A DNA stretch of 39,919 nt, from sequence record MG488277; one strand, 5' to 3'. The DNA is from Escherichia phage EG1. A program made the position numbers and the translations under genes. The notes under the pieces are model-generated. The model had not been told where the DNA came from. It made no database searches and was given only the letters and a program-made list of their open reading frames with translations. Below are positions 7,326 through 18,524 of this stretch, one piece after another (position 1 is the first letter of the stretch; each line of letters opens with the position of its first letter).

Positions 7326-8399
7326 ATGATGAACATTAAGACCAACCCATTTAAAGCAACGTCTTTCGTAGAGTCTGCCATTAAGAAAGCTCTGGACAAC
7401 GCTGGGTATCTTATTGCTGACGTTAAATACGATGGTGTACGTGGTAACATCTGCGTAGACAATACTGCTAACAGTTGCTGGCTCTCTCGTGTATCTAAAA
7501 CGATTCCGGCACTGGAGCACCTAAACGGCTTCGATGTGCGCTGGAAGCGTCTTCTGAATGATGACCGTTGCTTCTACAAAGACGGCTTTATGTTGGATGG
7601 GGAACTCATGGTCAAGGGAGTAGACTTCAACACTGGGTCCGGCCTACTGCGTACCAAGTGGCTCAACAAGAAGAACTTTGAGTTCGACGTTGGCGGTGTG
7701 CCACCACTCAAGGGGTCCAAGGTTGAGTTCGCGTTGGACACCAAACGTCTGAGTGTCAAACTGTATGCTATCCTACCGCTGCACATCGTAGAGTCTGGGG
7801 AAGACTGCGACATCATGACGCTGCTCATGCAGGAACACGTTAAGAACATGCTTCCTCTGCTACAGGAATACTTTCCTGAAATCGAATGGCAAGCGGCTGA
7901 GTCTTACGAGGTTTACGACATGGTAGAACTACAGCAACTGTACGAGAAGAAGCGTGAAGAAGGGCATGAAGGTCTCATTGTGAAAGACCCCATGGGAATC
8001 TACAAGCGCGGCAAGAAGTCCGGCTGGTGGAAAATGAAGCCTGAGAACGAGGCTGACGGTATTATCCAAGGTCTTGTATGGGGTACTCAAGGTCTGGCTA
8101 ACGAAGGTAAAGTGATTGGCTTTGAGGTGCTTCTTGAGAGTGGTCGTGTAGTAAACGCCACAAACATCTCTCGCGCCTTAATGGACGAGTTCACAGACGC
8201 AGTAAAAGAGGCCACCTTGAAACAGTGGGGATTCTTTAGCCCATATGGTATTGGTGACAACGATGCTTGCACATTAAATCCCTACAATGGATGGGCCTGC
8301 CAGATTAGCTATATGGAGGAAACACCAGACGGCTCTCTGCGTCACCCATCGTTCGTAATGTTCCGTGGCACCGAGGACAACCCTCAAGAGAAAATGTAA
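7326..8399 (+). CDS. 1.3: ATP-dependent DNA ligase (gene 1.3)
   Basis: 357 aa MMNIKTNPFKA...IADVKYDGVRG (KxDG adenylation motif). Confidence 0.95.
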   Translation: MMNIKTNPFKATSFVESAIKKALDNAGYLIADVKYDGVRGNICVDNTANSCWLSRVSKTIPALEHLNGFDVRWKRLLNDDRCFYKDGFMLDGELMVKGVDFNTGSGLLRTKWLNKKNFEFDVGGVPPLKGSKVEFALDTKRLSVKLYAILPLHIVESGEDCDIMTLLMQEHVKNMLPLLQEYFPEIEWQAAESYEVYDMVELQQLYEKKREEGHEGLIVKDPMGIYKRGKKSGWWKMKPENEADGIIQGLVWGTQGLANEGKVIGFEVLLESGRVVNATNISRALMDEFTDAVKEATLKQWGFFSPYGIGDNDACTLNPYNGWACQISYMEETPDGSLRHPSFVMFRGTEDNPQEKM

Positions 8400-8403
8400 C
8401 CAC

Positions 8404-8437
8404 ACTGGCTCACCGAAAGGTGGGCCTTTCTGCGTTT
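8404..8437 (+). terminator. TE: Early rho-independent terminator TE
   Basis: ctggctcaccgaaaggtgggcc hairpin followed by tttctgcgttt, directly after ligase. Confidence 0.8.
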
Positions 8438-8452
8438 ATAAGGAGACACTAT

Positions 8453-8608
8453 ATGCTTAAGAAAGTTGGTAAGTTCATTGCGGCTTGGGTAGCTATCCTG
8501 ACGTTTGCATATCTTCTGGCGGTACATCCTCAAGCAGCACTCGTAGTAGTCGGTGCTTGTTGCCTAGCGGCAGCCTGTGCTTGCGTGTGGTGCTTCGTCA
8601 ACTGTTAA
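8453..8608 (+). CDS. 1.4: gp1.4-like small membrane protein
   Basis: 51 aa MLKKVGKFIAAWVAILTFAYLLAVHP...; SD aaggag. Confidence 0.75.
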   Translation: MLKKVGKFIAAWVAILTFAYLLAVHPQAALVVVGACCLAAACACVWCFVNC

Positions 8609-8628
8609 TACGACTCACTAAAGGAGAT
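8606..8628 (+). promoter_or_regulatory. phi1.5: T7-RNAP promoter phi1.5
   Basis: taatacgactcactaaaGGAGAT. Confidence 0.85.
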
Positions 8629-8635
8629 ACACACC

Positions 8636-8725
8636 ATGATGTACTTAATGCCATTACTCATTGTCATCATAGGATGCCTTGCGCTCCACTGTAGCGATGA
8701 CGATATGCCCGATGGTCACGCTTAA
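8636..8725 (+). CDS. 1.5: gp1.5-like small protein
   Basis: 29 aa MMYLMPLLIVIIGCLALHCSDDDMPDGHA; promoter start region doubles as SD; below ORF-track cutoff. Confidence 0.6.
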   Translation: MMYLMPLLIVIIGCLALHCSDDDMPDGHA

Positions 8726-8745
8726 TACGACTCACTAAAGGAGAC
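8723..8745 (+). promoter_or_regulatory. phi1.6: T7-RNAP promoter phi1.6
   Basis: taatacgactcactaaaGGAGAC. Confidence 0.85.
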
Positions 8746-8750
8746 ACTAT

Positions 8751-9011
8751 ATGTTCCGACTTCACTTCAACAAAAGCCTTAAGAATTTCACGGTTCGTCG
8801 TGCTGACCGTTCAATCGTATGTGCGAGCGAACGCCGAGCTAAGTTACCTATTATTGGTGACACAGTTCCTTTGGCACCGAGCGTCCACATCATTATCACA
8901 CGTGGTGACTTTGAGAAAGCAATAGACAAGAAACGTCCGGTTCTTAACGTGGCAGTGACCCGCTTCCCGTTCGTCCGTCTGTTACTCAAACGAATCAAGG
9001 AGGTGTTCTGA
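8751..9011 (+). CDS. 1.6: gp1.6-like protein
   Basis: 86 aa ORF at the T7 gene 1.6 position. Confidence 0.75.
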   Translation: MFRLHFNKSLKNFTVRRADRSIVCASERRAKLPIIGDTVPLAPSVHIIITRGDFEKAIDKKRPVLNVAVTRFPFVRLLLKRIKEVF

Positions 9012-9553
9012 TGTCTGGTTGCATAGCTTGCTTAGAGAAAGACGACCGTTATCCACACACCTGTAATAAAGGAGCTAACGATATGACCGAACGTGAACAA
9101 GAGATGATCATTAAGTTGATAGACAATAACGAAGGTCGTTCTGGTGACACGTATGGTTGCGGCCTGTTCTGCGCTGGAGTACCTTGTGGCGAGTGCCCCG
9201 TAACAAACGATGAGAACATTACCTTAGGTGAAATCCGAGCGATGGACCCACGTAAGTCTAAGCAGGAGAAACCAGAGGTAACTCCTACAGATGACCAACC
9301 TTCCACCGAGTCAATCGAAGGTGTCACGAAGCCATCTCATTATATGTTGTTCGACGACATTGAGGCTATCGAAGTGATTGCCCGTTCGATGACCCGTGAG
9401 CAGTTCAAAGGGTATTGCTTAGGGAACATCCTTAAGTACCGCCTACGTGCTGGTAAGAAGTCCGAACTGGCTTACTTAGAGAAAGACATGGCGAAAGCTG
9501 GCTTCTACGGTGAACTGTACGAGAAACATAAGGACAAGTGCTATGACGCTTAA
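9011..9553 (+). CDS. 1.7: gp1.7-like protein (nucleotide kinase in T7)
   Basis: 180 aa, SD aaggagg, Cys-rich N-terminus; position as T7 1.7. Confidence 0.8.
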   Translation: MSGCIACLEKDDRYPHTCNKGANDMTEREQEMIIKLIDNNEGRSGDTYGCGLFCAGVPCGECPVTNDENITLGEIRAMDPRKSKQEKPEVTPTDDQPSTESIEGVTKPSHYMLFDDIEAIEVIARSMTREQFKGYCLGNILKYRLRAGKKSELAYLEKDMAKAGFYGELYEKHKDKCYDA

Positions 9554-9650
9554 CGATGTTCTGTACTTCGGATTAATTTGTGCTGGTGTAGGTGCATTAC
9601 TTCGCTTAATGTATTGGGCCATAGAGGTGGAATATGGAAAAGCCAAGTGA
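9543..9650 (+). CDS. Small ORF at gene 1.8 position
   Basis: 35 aa MTLNDVLYFGLICAGVGALLRLMYWAIEVEYGKAK, overlaps end of 1.7; below ORF-track cutoff. Confidence 0.45.
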   Translation: MTLNDVLYFGLICAGVGALLRLMYWAIEVEYGKAK

Positions 9651-9663
9651 ATGGTGCCACAAA

Positions 9664-9946
<283 letters not shown>

Positions 9947-9949
<3 letters not shown>

Positions 9950-9969
9950 TACGACTCACTATAGGGAAG
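9947..9969 (+). promoter_or_regulatory. phi2.5: T7-RNAP promoter phi2.5
   Basis: taatacgactcactataGGGAAG. Confidence 0.9.
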
Positions 9970-10013
9970 ACTCCCTCTGAGAAACTAAACGAAACCTAAA
10001 GGAGATTAACATT

Positions 10014-10721
10014 ATGGCTAAGAAGATTTTCACCTCTGCGCTGGGTACTGCTGAGCCTTACGCGTACATCGCTAAGCCAGACTACGGTAACGAAGAGCGT
10101 GGCTTTGGGAACCCGCGTGGCATCTTTAAAGTTGACCTGACCATTCCCAACAAAGACCCGCGTTGTCAACGTATGGTCGATGAAATCGTGAAGTGTCACG
10201 AAGAGGCTTATGCTGCTGCCGTTGAGGAATATGAGGCCAACCCACCGGTAGTAGCTCGTGGTAAGAAGAAACCTATTGAACCTTATGAGGGAGACATGCC
10301 GTTCATTGATAATGGTGACGGTACTACGACCTTTAAGTTCAAGTGCTACGCTTCCTTCCAAGACAAGAAGACCAAAGAGACCAAGCACATCAATCTGGTT
10401 GTGGTTGACTCCAAAGGTAAGAAGATGGAAGACGTGCCGATCATTGGTGGCGGCTCCAAGCTGAAAGTCAAGTATTCGCTGGTCCCGTACAAGTGGAACA
10501 ACGCTGTAGGTGCAAGCGTTAAGCTGCAACTGGAATCCGTTATGTTGGTCGAACTGGCTACCTTTGGTGGCGGTGAGGACGATTGGGCTGATGAAGTTGA
10601 AGAGAACGGCTATGTTGCCTCTGGTTCTGCCAAAGCGAGCAAACCACGCGACGAAGAAAGCTGGGACGAAGACGACAGTGAGTCCTACGAAGAAGACGAA
10701 GACGAAGACGGAGACTTCTAA
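10014..10721 (+). CDS. 2.5: Single-stranded DNA-binding protein (gene 2.5)
   Basis: 235 aa with acidic C-terminal tail ending in F, as in T7 gp2.5. Confidence 0.95.
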   Translation: MAKKIFTSALGTAEPYAYIAKPDYGNEERGFGNPRGIFKVDLTIPNKDPRCQRMVDEIVKCHEEAYAAAVEEYEANPPVVARGKKKPIEPYEGDMPFIDNGDGTTTFKFKCYASFQDKKTKETKHINLVVVDSKGKKMEDVPIIGGGSKLKVKYSLVPYKWNNAVGASVKLQLESVMLVELATFGGGEDDWADEVEENGYVASGSAKASKPRDEESWDEDDSESYEEDEDEDGDF

Positions 10722-11177
10722 GTGGCTGGCGCATACGCTGCGCGTGGAATCAGAAAGGTCGGGACATTTCGTTCCGGCCTAGAAGATAAAGTCTCTAAGC
10801 AGCTAGAGGGTAAGGGCATTAAGTTCGACTATGAACTGTGGAAAATCCCTTACGTTGTCCCTGCGAGTAACCATGTCTACACTCCAGACTTCCTGCTGCC
10901 TAACGGAATCTTTATTGAAACCAAAGGTTTATGGGAGAGTGACGACCGAAAGAAACACTTACTGATTCGCGAACAGTTTCCCGAACTGGACATCCGTCTG
11001 GTATTCTCAAGCTCACGCACAAAGCTGTATAAAGGGTCTCCGACCAGTTACGGTGAGTGGTGCGAGAAGCACGGCATACTGTTTGCTGACAAATTAATTC
11101 CGGTAGAATGGCTCAAAGAACCTAAAAAGGAGGTGCCATTTGACAAGTTAAAGCAATCTAAGGGAGGAAAGAAATAA
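10722..11177 (+). CDS. 3: Endonuclease I, Holliday-junction resolvase (gene 3)
   Basis: 151 aa ...GIRKVGTFRSGLEDKVSKQLEGKGIKF...PDFLLPNGIFIETKGLW...; apparent GTG start directly after gene 2.5 stop. Confidence 0.9.
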   Translation: MAGAYAARGIRKVGTFRSGLEDKVSKQLEGKGIKFDYELWKIPYVVPASNHVYTPDFLLPNGIFIETKGLWESDDRKKHLLIREQFPELDIRLVFSSSRTKLYKGSPTSYGEWCEKHGILFADKLIPVEWLKEPKKEVPFDKLKQSKGGKK

Positions 11178-11632
11178 TGGCTCGTGTACAGTTTAAACCG
11201 CGTGAATCTACTGACGCAATCTTTGTCCACTGCTCAGCAACTAAACCTAACCAGAACGTAGGTGTCCGTGAGATTCGCCAGTGGCATAAAGAGCAGGGTT
11301 GGCTCGATGTCGGGTATCACTTTATCATCAAGCGCGATGGTACTGTAGAGGAAGGCCGAGACGAGATGGCTGTAGGTTCTCACGTTAAGGGCCACAACCA
11401 CAACTCAATCGGTGTCTGCCTTGTTGGTGGTATTGACGATAAAGGTAAGTTCGAAGCTAACTTTACGCCAGCACAAATGCAATCCCTCCGCTCACTGCTT
11501 GTCACACTACTGGCTAAGTATAAAGGCGCTGTTCTTCGAGCGCATCACGATGTGGCTCCGAAGGCTTGCCCTTCGTTCGACCTTAAGCGTTGGTGGGAGA
11601 CGAACGAACTGGTCACTTCTGACCGTGGCTAA
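11177..11632 (+). CDS. 3.5: N-acetylmuramoyl-L-alanine amidase / RNAP inhibitor lysozyme (gene 3.5)
   Basis: 151 aa MARVQFKPRESTDAIFVHCSATKPNQNVGVREIRQWH... Confidence 0.95.
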   Translation: MARVQFKPRESTDAIFVHCSATKPNQNVGVREIRQWHKEQGWLDVGYHFIIKRDGTVEEGRDEMAVGSHVKGHNHNSIGVCLVGGIDDKGKFEANFTPAQMQSLRSLLVTLLAKYKGAVLRAHHDVAPKACPSFDLKRWWETNELVTSDRG

Positions 11633-11633
11633 T

Positions 11634-11656
11634 TAATTGAACTCACTATAGGGAGA
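11634..11656 (+). promoter_or_regulatory. T7-RNAP promoter (phi3.8-type variant) directly upstream of gene 4
   Basis: taattgaactcactataGGGAGACCACAACGGTTTCCC. Confidence 0.8.
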
Positions 11657-11688
11657 CCACAACGGTTTCCCTTTGTTCGCAACGTTGA

Positions 11689-13404
<1,716 letters not shown>

Positions 13405-13422
13405 CAGGATTCTTGATGATTT

Positions 13423-13445
13423 TAATACGACTCACTAAAGGAGAC
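13423..13445 (+). promoter_or_regulatory. phi4.3: T7-RNAP promoter phi4.3
   Basis: taatacgactcactaaaGGAGAC. Confidence 0.85.
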
Positions 13446-13450
13446 ACACC

Positions 13451-13663
13451 ATGTTTAAACTGATTAAGAAGTTGGGTAAGCTACTTGTTCGTTTGTATAA
13501 CGTAGAAGCTAAGCGCCTGAATGATGAGGCCCGTAATGAGGCAACACAATCACGCGCTCTGGCTATCCGTTCTAACGAACTGGCTGACAGCGCATCAAAT
13601 AAAGTTACCGAGGCAGCTCGCGTAGCTAACCAAGCTCAACAACTTTCCAAATTCTTTGAGTAA
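13451..13663 (+). CDS. 4.3: gp4.3-like protein
   Basis: 70 aa ORF at T7 4.3 position. Confidence 0.8.
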   Translation: MFKLIKKLGKLLVRLYNVEAKRLNDEARNEATQSRALAIRSNELADSASNKVTEAARVANQAQQLSKFFE

Positions 13664-13682
13664 TTAAACAGGAGAAACTACC

Positions 13683-13952
13683 ATGTCACAAGTAGCTGAA
13701 ACTATCCGTCTATCCGATACCGCCGACCAATGGAACCGCCGAGTTCACATCAACGTTCGTAACGGAAAGGCTACTATGGTTTACCGTTGGAAGGACTCTA
13801 AGTCCTCTAAGAATCACACTCAGCGTATGACGTTGACAGATGAGCAAGCACTGCGTCTGGTCAATGCGCTTACCAAAGCTGCCGTGACTGCAATTCATGA
13901 AGCTGGTCGCGTGGATGAAGCTATGGCTATCCTCGACAAGATTGATAGCTAA
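13683..13952 (+). CDS. 4.5: gp4.5-like protein
   Basis: 89 aa, SD caggag. Confidence 0.8.
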   Translation: MSQVAETIRLSDTADQWNRRVHINVRNGKATMVYRWKDSKSSKNHTQRMTLTDEQALRLVNALTKAAVTAIHEAGRVDEAMAILDKIDS

Positions 13953-13954
13953 GA

Positions 13955-13995
13955 GTGGTATACTCAAGGTCGCCCAAGTGGTGGCCTTCATGAAT
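13955..13995 (+). promoter_or_regulatory. RNase III site upstream of phi4.7
   Basis: gtatactcaaggtcgcccaagtggtggccttcatgaat. Confidence 0.6.
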
Positions 13996-13996
13996 A

Positions 13997-14019
13997 CTAT
14001 TCGACTCACTATAGGAGAT
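13997..14019 (+). promoter_or_regulatory. phi4.7: T7-RNAP promoter phi4.7 (variant)
   Basis: ctattcgactcactataGGAGAT. Confidence 0.75.
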
Positions 14020-14025
14020 ATTACC

Positions 14026-14433
14026 ATGCGTGACCCTAAAGTTATCCGAGCAGAAATCGCTAAACTGGAAGCTGAACTCGAAGACGTTAAGTACCATGAA
14101 GCCAAGACTCGCTCCGCTGTTCACATTTTGAAGAACTTAGGGTGGACTTGGACACGACAGGCTGGCTGGAAGAAGCCGGAAGTTTACAAGCTGAGCCACA
14201 AGGTGTTCGATAAGGACACTATGACCCACATCAAGGCTGGTGATTGGGTTAAGGTTGACATGGGAGTTGTTGGTGGATATGGCTATGTCCGCTCAGTGAG
14301 TGGCAAATATGCACAAGTGTCATACATCACAGGTGTTACTCCACGAGGAGCAATCGTTGCCGACAAGACCAACATGATTCACACAGGCTTCTTAACGGTT
14401 GTCTCGTATGAAGAGATTGTTAAGTCGCGATAA
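14026..14433 (+). CDS. 4.7: gp4.7-like protein
   Basis: 135 aa from ATG 14026 (MRDPKVIRAEIAKLEAELEDVKYHEAK...). Confidence 0.8.
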   Translation: MRDPKVIRAEIAKLEAELEDVKYHEAKTRSAVHILKNLGWTWTRQAGWKKPEVYKLSHKVFDKDTMTHIKAGDWVKVDMGVVGGYGYVRSVSGKYAQVSYITGVTPRGAIVADKTNMIHTGFLTVVSYEEIVKSR

Positions 14434-14451
14434 TCAATAGGAGAAATCAAT

Positions 14452-16608
14452 ATGATCGTTTCTGACATCGAAGCTAACGCCCTCTTAGAGAGCGTCACTA
14501 AGTTCCACTGCGGGGTTATCTACGACTACTCCACCGCTGAGTACGTAAGCTACCGTCCGAGTGACTTCGGTGCGTATCTGGATGCGCTGGAAGCCGAGGT
14601 TGCACGAGGCGGTCTTATTGTGTTTCACAACGGCCACAAGTATGACGTTCCTGCATTGACCAAACTGGCAAAGTTGCAATTGAACCGAGAGTTCCACCTT
14701 CCTCGTGAGAACTGTATCGACACACTTGTGTTGTCACGCTTGATTCACTCCAACCTGAAAGACACCGATATGGGTCTTCTGCGTTCCGGTAAGTTGCCCG
14801 GTAAACGCTTTGGGTCTCACGCTTTGGAGGCGTGGGGCTATCGCTTAGGTGAAATGAAGGGTGAATACAAGGATGACTTTAAGCGTATGCTTGAAGAGCA
14901 AGGTGAAGAATACGTTGACGGAATGGAATGGTGGAACTTCAACGAAGAGATGATGACCTATAACGTTCAGGACGTTGTGGTCACTAAGGCTCTCCTTGAG
15001 AAGCTGCTCTCTGACAAACATTACTTCCCTCCTGAGATTGACTTTACGGACGTAGGATACACTACGTTCTGGTCAGAATCCCTTGAGGCCGTTGACGTTG
15101 AACATCGCGCTGCGTGGCTACTCGCTAAGCAAGAGCGCAATGGATTCCCGTTTGACACGAAAGCAATCGAAGAGTTGTACGTAGAGTTAGCTGCTCGTCG
15201 CTCAGAGTTGCTGCGTAAGCTGACCGAAACGTTCGGCTCGTGGTATCAGCCTAAAGGTGGCACCGAAATGTTCTGCCATCCGAGGACTGGTAAGCCACTG
15301 CCTAAATACCCTCGCATTAAGACACCTAAAGTTGGTGGTATCTTTAAGAAGCCTAAGAACAAGGCACAACGAGAAGGCCGTGAGCCTTGCGAACTGGATA
15401 CCCGCGAGTACGTTGCTGGTGCCCCCTATACTCCGGTAGAGCACGTAGTGTTTAACCCTTCGTCTCGTGACCACATCCAGAAGAAACTCCAAGAGGCTGG
15501 ATGGGTCCCCACGAAGTACACCGATAAGGGTGCGCCTGTGGTGGACGATGAGGTCCTAGAGGGAGTAAAAGTAGATGACCCTGAGAAGCAAGCCGCTATC
15601 GATCTTATTAAAGAATACTTGATGATTCAGAAGCGAATCGGACAGTCTGCTGAGGGAGACAAGGCGTGGCTTCGTTACGTTGCTGAGGATGGTAAAATTC
15701 ATGGTTCTGTTAATCCCAACGGCGCTGTTACTGGGCGCGCTACTCACGCTTTCCCTAACCTTGCACAGATACCCGGTGTCCGCTCTCCTTATGGTGATCG
15801 GTGCCGCTCTGCTTTTGGCGCTGAACATCACCTAGACGGACTTACAGGTAAGCCTTGGGTTCAAGCTGGTATAGACGCCTCTGGTCTGGAGCTGCGATGC
15901 TTGGCCCACTTCATGGCTCGCTTTGACAACGGTGAGTATGCTCACGAGATTCTAAACGGTGACATCCACTGGAAGAACGCAATTGCTGCTGACTTAGCAC
16001 CAAACATTGCTCGTGATAAGCATAATAAGGAACACGACCTAATGCGTGATAACGCCAAGACGTTTATCTATGGGTTCCTCTATGGTGCTGGCGATGAGAA
16101 GACTGGTCAGATTGTAGGTGCTGGTAAAGAACGTGGTAAGGAACTCAAGAAGAAATTCCTTGAGAACACCCCAGCTATTGCTGCACTACGAGAGTCTATC
16201 CAACAGACACTTGTTGAGTCCTCTCAGTGGGTAGCTGGTGAACAGCAAGTCAAGTGGAAACGTCGCTGGATTAAAGGTCTGGATGGTCGTAAGGTACACG
16301 TCCGTAGTCCTCACGCTGCCCTGAATACCCTGCTGCAATCTGCTGGTGCTCTAATCTGCAAACTGTGGATTATCAAGACAGAAGAGATGCTCGTGGAGAA
16401 AGGCTTGAAGCATGGTTGGGATGGGGACTTTGCGTACATGGCATGGGTCCACGATGAGATTCAGGTAGGTTGTCGTACCGAAGAGATTGCTCAGGTGGTC
16501 ATTGAGACTGCACAGGAAGCGATGCGCTGGGTAGGAGACCACTGGAACTTCCGGTGTCTTCTGGATACCGAAGGTAAGATTGGTCCTAATTGGGCCGTAT
16601 GTCACTAA
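14452..16608 (+). CDS. 5: DNA polymerase (gene 5), family A with 3'-5' exonuclease and thioredoxin-binding loop
   Basis: 718 aa; [27 protein letters not shown]...; near-identical to T7 gp5 except a ~14-aa insertion before the O-helix. Confidence 0.97.
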   Translation: MIVSDIEANALLESVTKFHCGVIYDYSTAEYVSYRPSDFGAYLDALEAEVARGGLIVFHNGHKYDVPALTKLAKLQLNREFHLPRENCIDTLVLSRLIHSNLKDTDMGLLRSGKLPGKRFGSHALEAWGYRLGEMKGEYKDDFKRMLEEQGEEYVDGMEWWNFNEEMMTYNVQDVVVTKALLEKLLSDKHYFPPEIDFTDVGYTTFWSESLEAVDVEHRAAWLLAKQERNGFPFDTKAIEELYVELAARRSELLRKLTETFGSWYQPKGGTEMFCHPRTGKPLPKYPRIKTPKVGGIFKKPKNKAQREGREPCELDTREYVAGAPYTPVEHVVFNPSSRDHIQKKLQEAGWVPTKYTDKGAPVVDDEVLEGVKVDDPEKQAAIDLIKEYLMIQKRIGQSAEGDKAWLRYVAEDGKIHGSVNPNGAVTGRATHAFPNLAQIPGVRSPYGDRCRSAFGAEHHLDGLTGKPWVQAGIDASGLELRCLAHFMARFDNGEYAHEILNGDIHWKNAIAADLAPNIARDKHNKEHDLMRDNAKTFIYGFLYGAGDEKTGQIVGAGKERGKELKKKFLENTPAIAALRESIQQTLVESSQWVAGEQQVKWKRRWIKGLDGRKVHVRSPHAALNTLLQSAGALICKLWIIKTEEMLVEKGLKHGWDGDFAYMAWVHDEIQVGCRTEEIAQVVIETAQEAMRWVGDHWNFRCLLDTEGKIGPNWAVCH

Positions 16609-16627
16609 TTCTAACAGGAGCCACTTT

Positions 16628-16855
16628 ATGGCATGGCGATATAGGATTCGAGAAGTCAGAATGACTACAGGTGAGACCTTATACTACCCACAGTTCCGTC
16701 ATGTGTGGCTCCCATTCTGGTGCCACTTTAGGGACTACCTAGAAGAACGTAAGGTGTCATTCACCTATTATTCTGATGCGCTTGAATTCGTTAATGAATG
16801 TAAATCAAATGATGAACCAGAAGTAAAGCAGGTTGTAAGAAACCACTATCTTTAA
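16628..16855 (+). CDS. Hypothetical protein at gene 5.3 position
   Basis: 75 aa from ATG 16628 (MAWRYRIREVRMTTGETLYYPQFRHVW...), SD caggag; shorter than T7 gp5.3. Confidence 0.55.
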   Translation: MAWRYRIREVRMTTGETLYYPQFRHVWLPFWCHFRDYLEERKVSFTYYSDALEFVNECKSNDEPEVKQVVRNHYL

Positions 16856-16867
16856 GGAGAAATTATT

Positions 16868-17167
16868 ATGGCTATGACCAAGAAATTTAAAGTGTCCTTC
16901 GACGTTACCGCTAAGATGACATCTGACGTTCAGGCAATCTTAGAGAAAGATATGCTGCACCTGTGTAAGCAGGTTGGCTCCGGTGCTATTGTTCCTAACG
17001 GCAAGCAGAAAGAGATGATTGTTCAGTTCCTGACCCATGGTATGGAAGGAGTGATGGCCTTCATTGTGCGAACGTCTTTCCGCGAGGCTATCAAGGAAAT
17101 GCACGAAGAGTATGCCGATAAGGACTCCTTCAAGCTATCTCCTGCAACTGTACGGGAGGTGTTCTAA
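16868..17167 (+). CDS. 5.5: gp5.5 (H-NS-binding protein in T7)
   Basis: 99 aa MAMTKKFKVSFDVTAKMTSDVQAILEKDMLH... Confidence 0.9.
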   Translation: MAMTKKFKVSFDVTAKMTSDVQAILEKDMLHLCKQVGSGAIVPNGKQKEMIVQFLTHGMEGVMAFIVRTSFREAIKEMHEEYADKDSFKLSPATVREVF

Positions 17168-17376
17168 TGTCAGACTATCTGAAAGTGCTGCAAGCAATCA
17201 AAAGTTGCCCTAAGACTTTCCAGTCCAACTATGTACGGAACAATGCGAGCCTCGTAGCGGAGGCCGCTTCCCGTGGTCACATCTCATGTCTGACCACAAG
17301 TGGACGAAACGGTGGCGCTTGGGAAATCACTGCTTCTGGTACTCGCTTTCTGAAACGAATGGGAGGATGTGTCTAA
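17167..17376 (+). CDS. 5.7: gp5.7-like protein
   Basis: 69 aa, ATG overlaps preceding stop. Confidence 0.85.
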   Translation: MSDYLKVLQAIKSCPKTFQSNYVRNNASLVAEAASRGHISCLTTSGRNGGAWEITASGTRFLKRMGGCV

Positions 17377-17534
17377 TGGTGCGTGACACTGTAACAATTC
17401 CTCGTGATGCGTGGAACGATATGCAGGGTTATATTGCTTCTCTGGAACGTGAGAACGATAGCCTTAAGAACCAACTTATGGAAGCTGACGAATACGTGGC
17501 TGAACTAGAGGAGAAACTTAATGGCGCTTCTTGA
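17376..17534 (+). CDS. 5.9: gp5.9 (RecBCD inhibitor in T7)
   Basis: 52 aa MVRDTVTIPRDAWNDMQGYIASLERENDSLKNQLMEADEYVAELEEKLNGAS. Confidence 0.85.
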   Translation: MVRDTVTIPRDAWNDMQGYIASLERENDSLKNQLMEADEYVAELEEKLNGAS

Positions 17535-18423
17535 CCTTAAACAGTTCTATGAGTTACGTGAAGGTTGTAACGACAAAGGTATCCTTGTGATGGACGGTGA
17601 CTGGCTGGTATTCCAAGCTATGAGTGCTGCCGAGTTTGATGCCTCTTGGGAGGAAGAGATTTGGCACCGATGCTGTGACCACGCTAAGGCACGTAAGATT
17701 CTGGAGGATTCCATCAAGTCCTATGAGACCCGTAAGAAGGCTTGGGTAGGTGCCCCGATTGTCCTTGCGTTCACAGATAGTGTCAACTGGCGTAAAGAAC
17801 TGGTAGACCCTAACTACAAGGCTAACCGTAAGGCCACGAAGAAACCTGTAGGTTACTTTGAGTTCCTTGAGGCTCTCTTTGAGCGCGAAGAGTTCTACTG
17901 CATTCGTGAGCCGATGCTTGAGGGTGATGACGTTATGGGAGTGATTGCTTCCAATCCGTCTGCCTTCGGTGCCCGTAAAGCTGTAATTATCTCGTGCGAT
18001 AAGGACTTTAAGACCATCCCTAACTGTGATTTCCTGTGGTGTACCACTGGTAACATCCTGACTCAGACCGAAGAGTCCGCTGACTGGTGGCACCTCTTCC
18101 AGACAATCAAGGGTGACATTACCGATGGTTACTCAGGTATTGCCGGATGGGGCGATACTGCCGAGGACTTCCTGAATAACCCGTTCATTACCGAGCCTAA
18201 AACGTCTGTGCTTAAGTCTGGTAAGAACAAAGGCCAAGAGGTTACTAAGTGGGTTAAGCGCGACCCTGAGCCACATGAGACGCTATGGGACTGTATTAAG
18301 TCCATTGGCGCTAAGGCTGGTATGACCGAAGAGGATGTTATCAAGCAGGGCCAGATGGCTCGCATCCTGCGGTTCAACGAGTACAACTTTATTGACAAGG
18401 AGATTTACCTGTGGAGACCGTAG
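17521..18423 (+). CDS. 6: 5'-3' exonuclease (gene 6)
   Basis: 300 aa MALLDLKQFYELREGCNDKGILVMDGDWLVFQAMSA... Confidence 0.95.
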   Translation: MALLDLKQFYELREGCNDKGILVMDGDWLVFQAMSAAEFDASWEEEIWHRCCDHAKARKILEDSIKSYETRKKAWVGAPIVLAFTDSVNWRKELVDPNYKANRKATKKPVGYFEFLEALFEREEFYCIREPMLEGDDVMGVIASNPSAFGARKAVIISCDKDFKTIPNCDFLWCTTGNILTQTEESADWWHLFQTIKGDITDGYSGIAGWGDTAEDFLNNPFITEPKTSVLKSGKNKGQEVTKWVKRDPEPHETLWDCIKSIGAKAGMTEEDVIKQGQMARILRFNEYNFIDKEIYLWRP

Positions 18424-18524
18424 CATATATTGGCATTGGTCTTTGTGTTCTCGGAATGGGCCTCATTGCGTGGGGCCTTTGGGACTTAGCCCAAATAATC
18501 AAGAAGATACACGACTATAAGTGA
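18411..18524 (+). CDS. 6.3: gp6.3-like small protein (GTG start)
   Basis: 37 aa, aaggag 8 nt upstream of GTG; same length and position as T7 gp6.3; below ORF-track cutoff. Confidence 0.5.
   Translation: METVAYIGIGLCVLGMGLIAWGLWDLAQIIKKIHDYK

Noticed and set aside
7243-8745. Stop codons and RBSs embedded in T7 promoters (TAA of copy-2 1.2 inside phi1.3, TAA of 1.5 inside phi1.6, promoter start region doubling as SD for 1.5, 1.6, 4.3)
   Set aside because: Real but a known compaction feature of T7-group genomes, not novel
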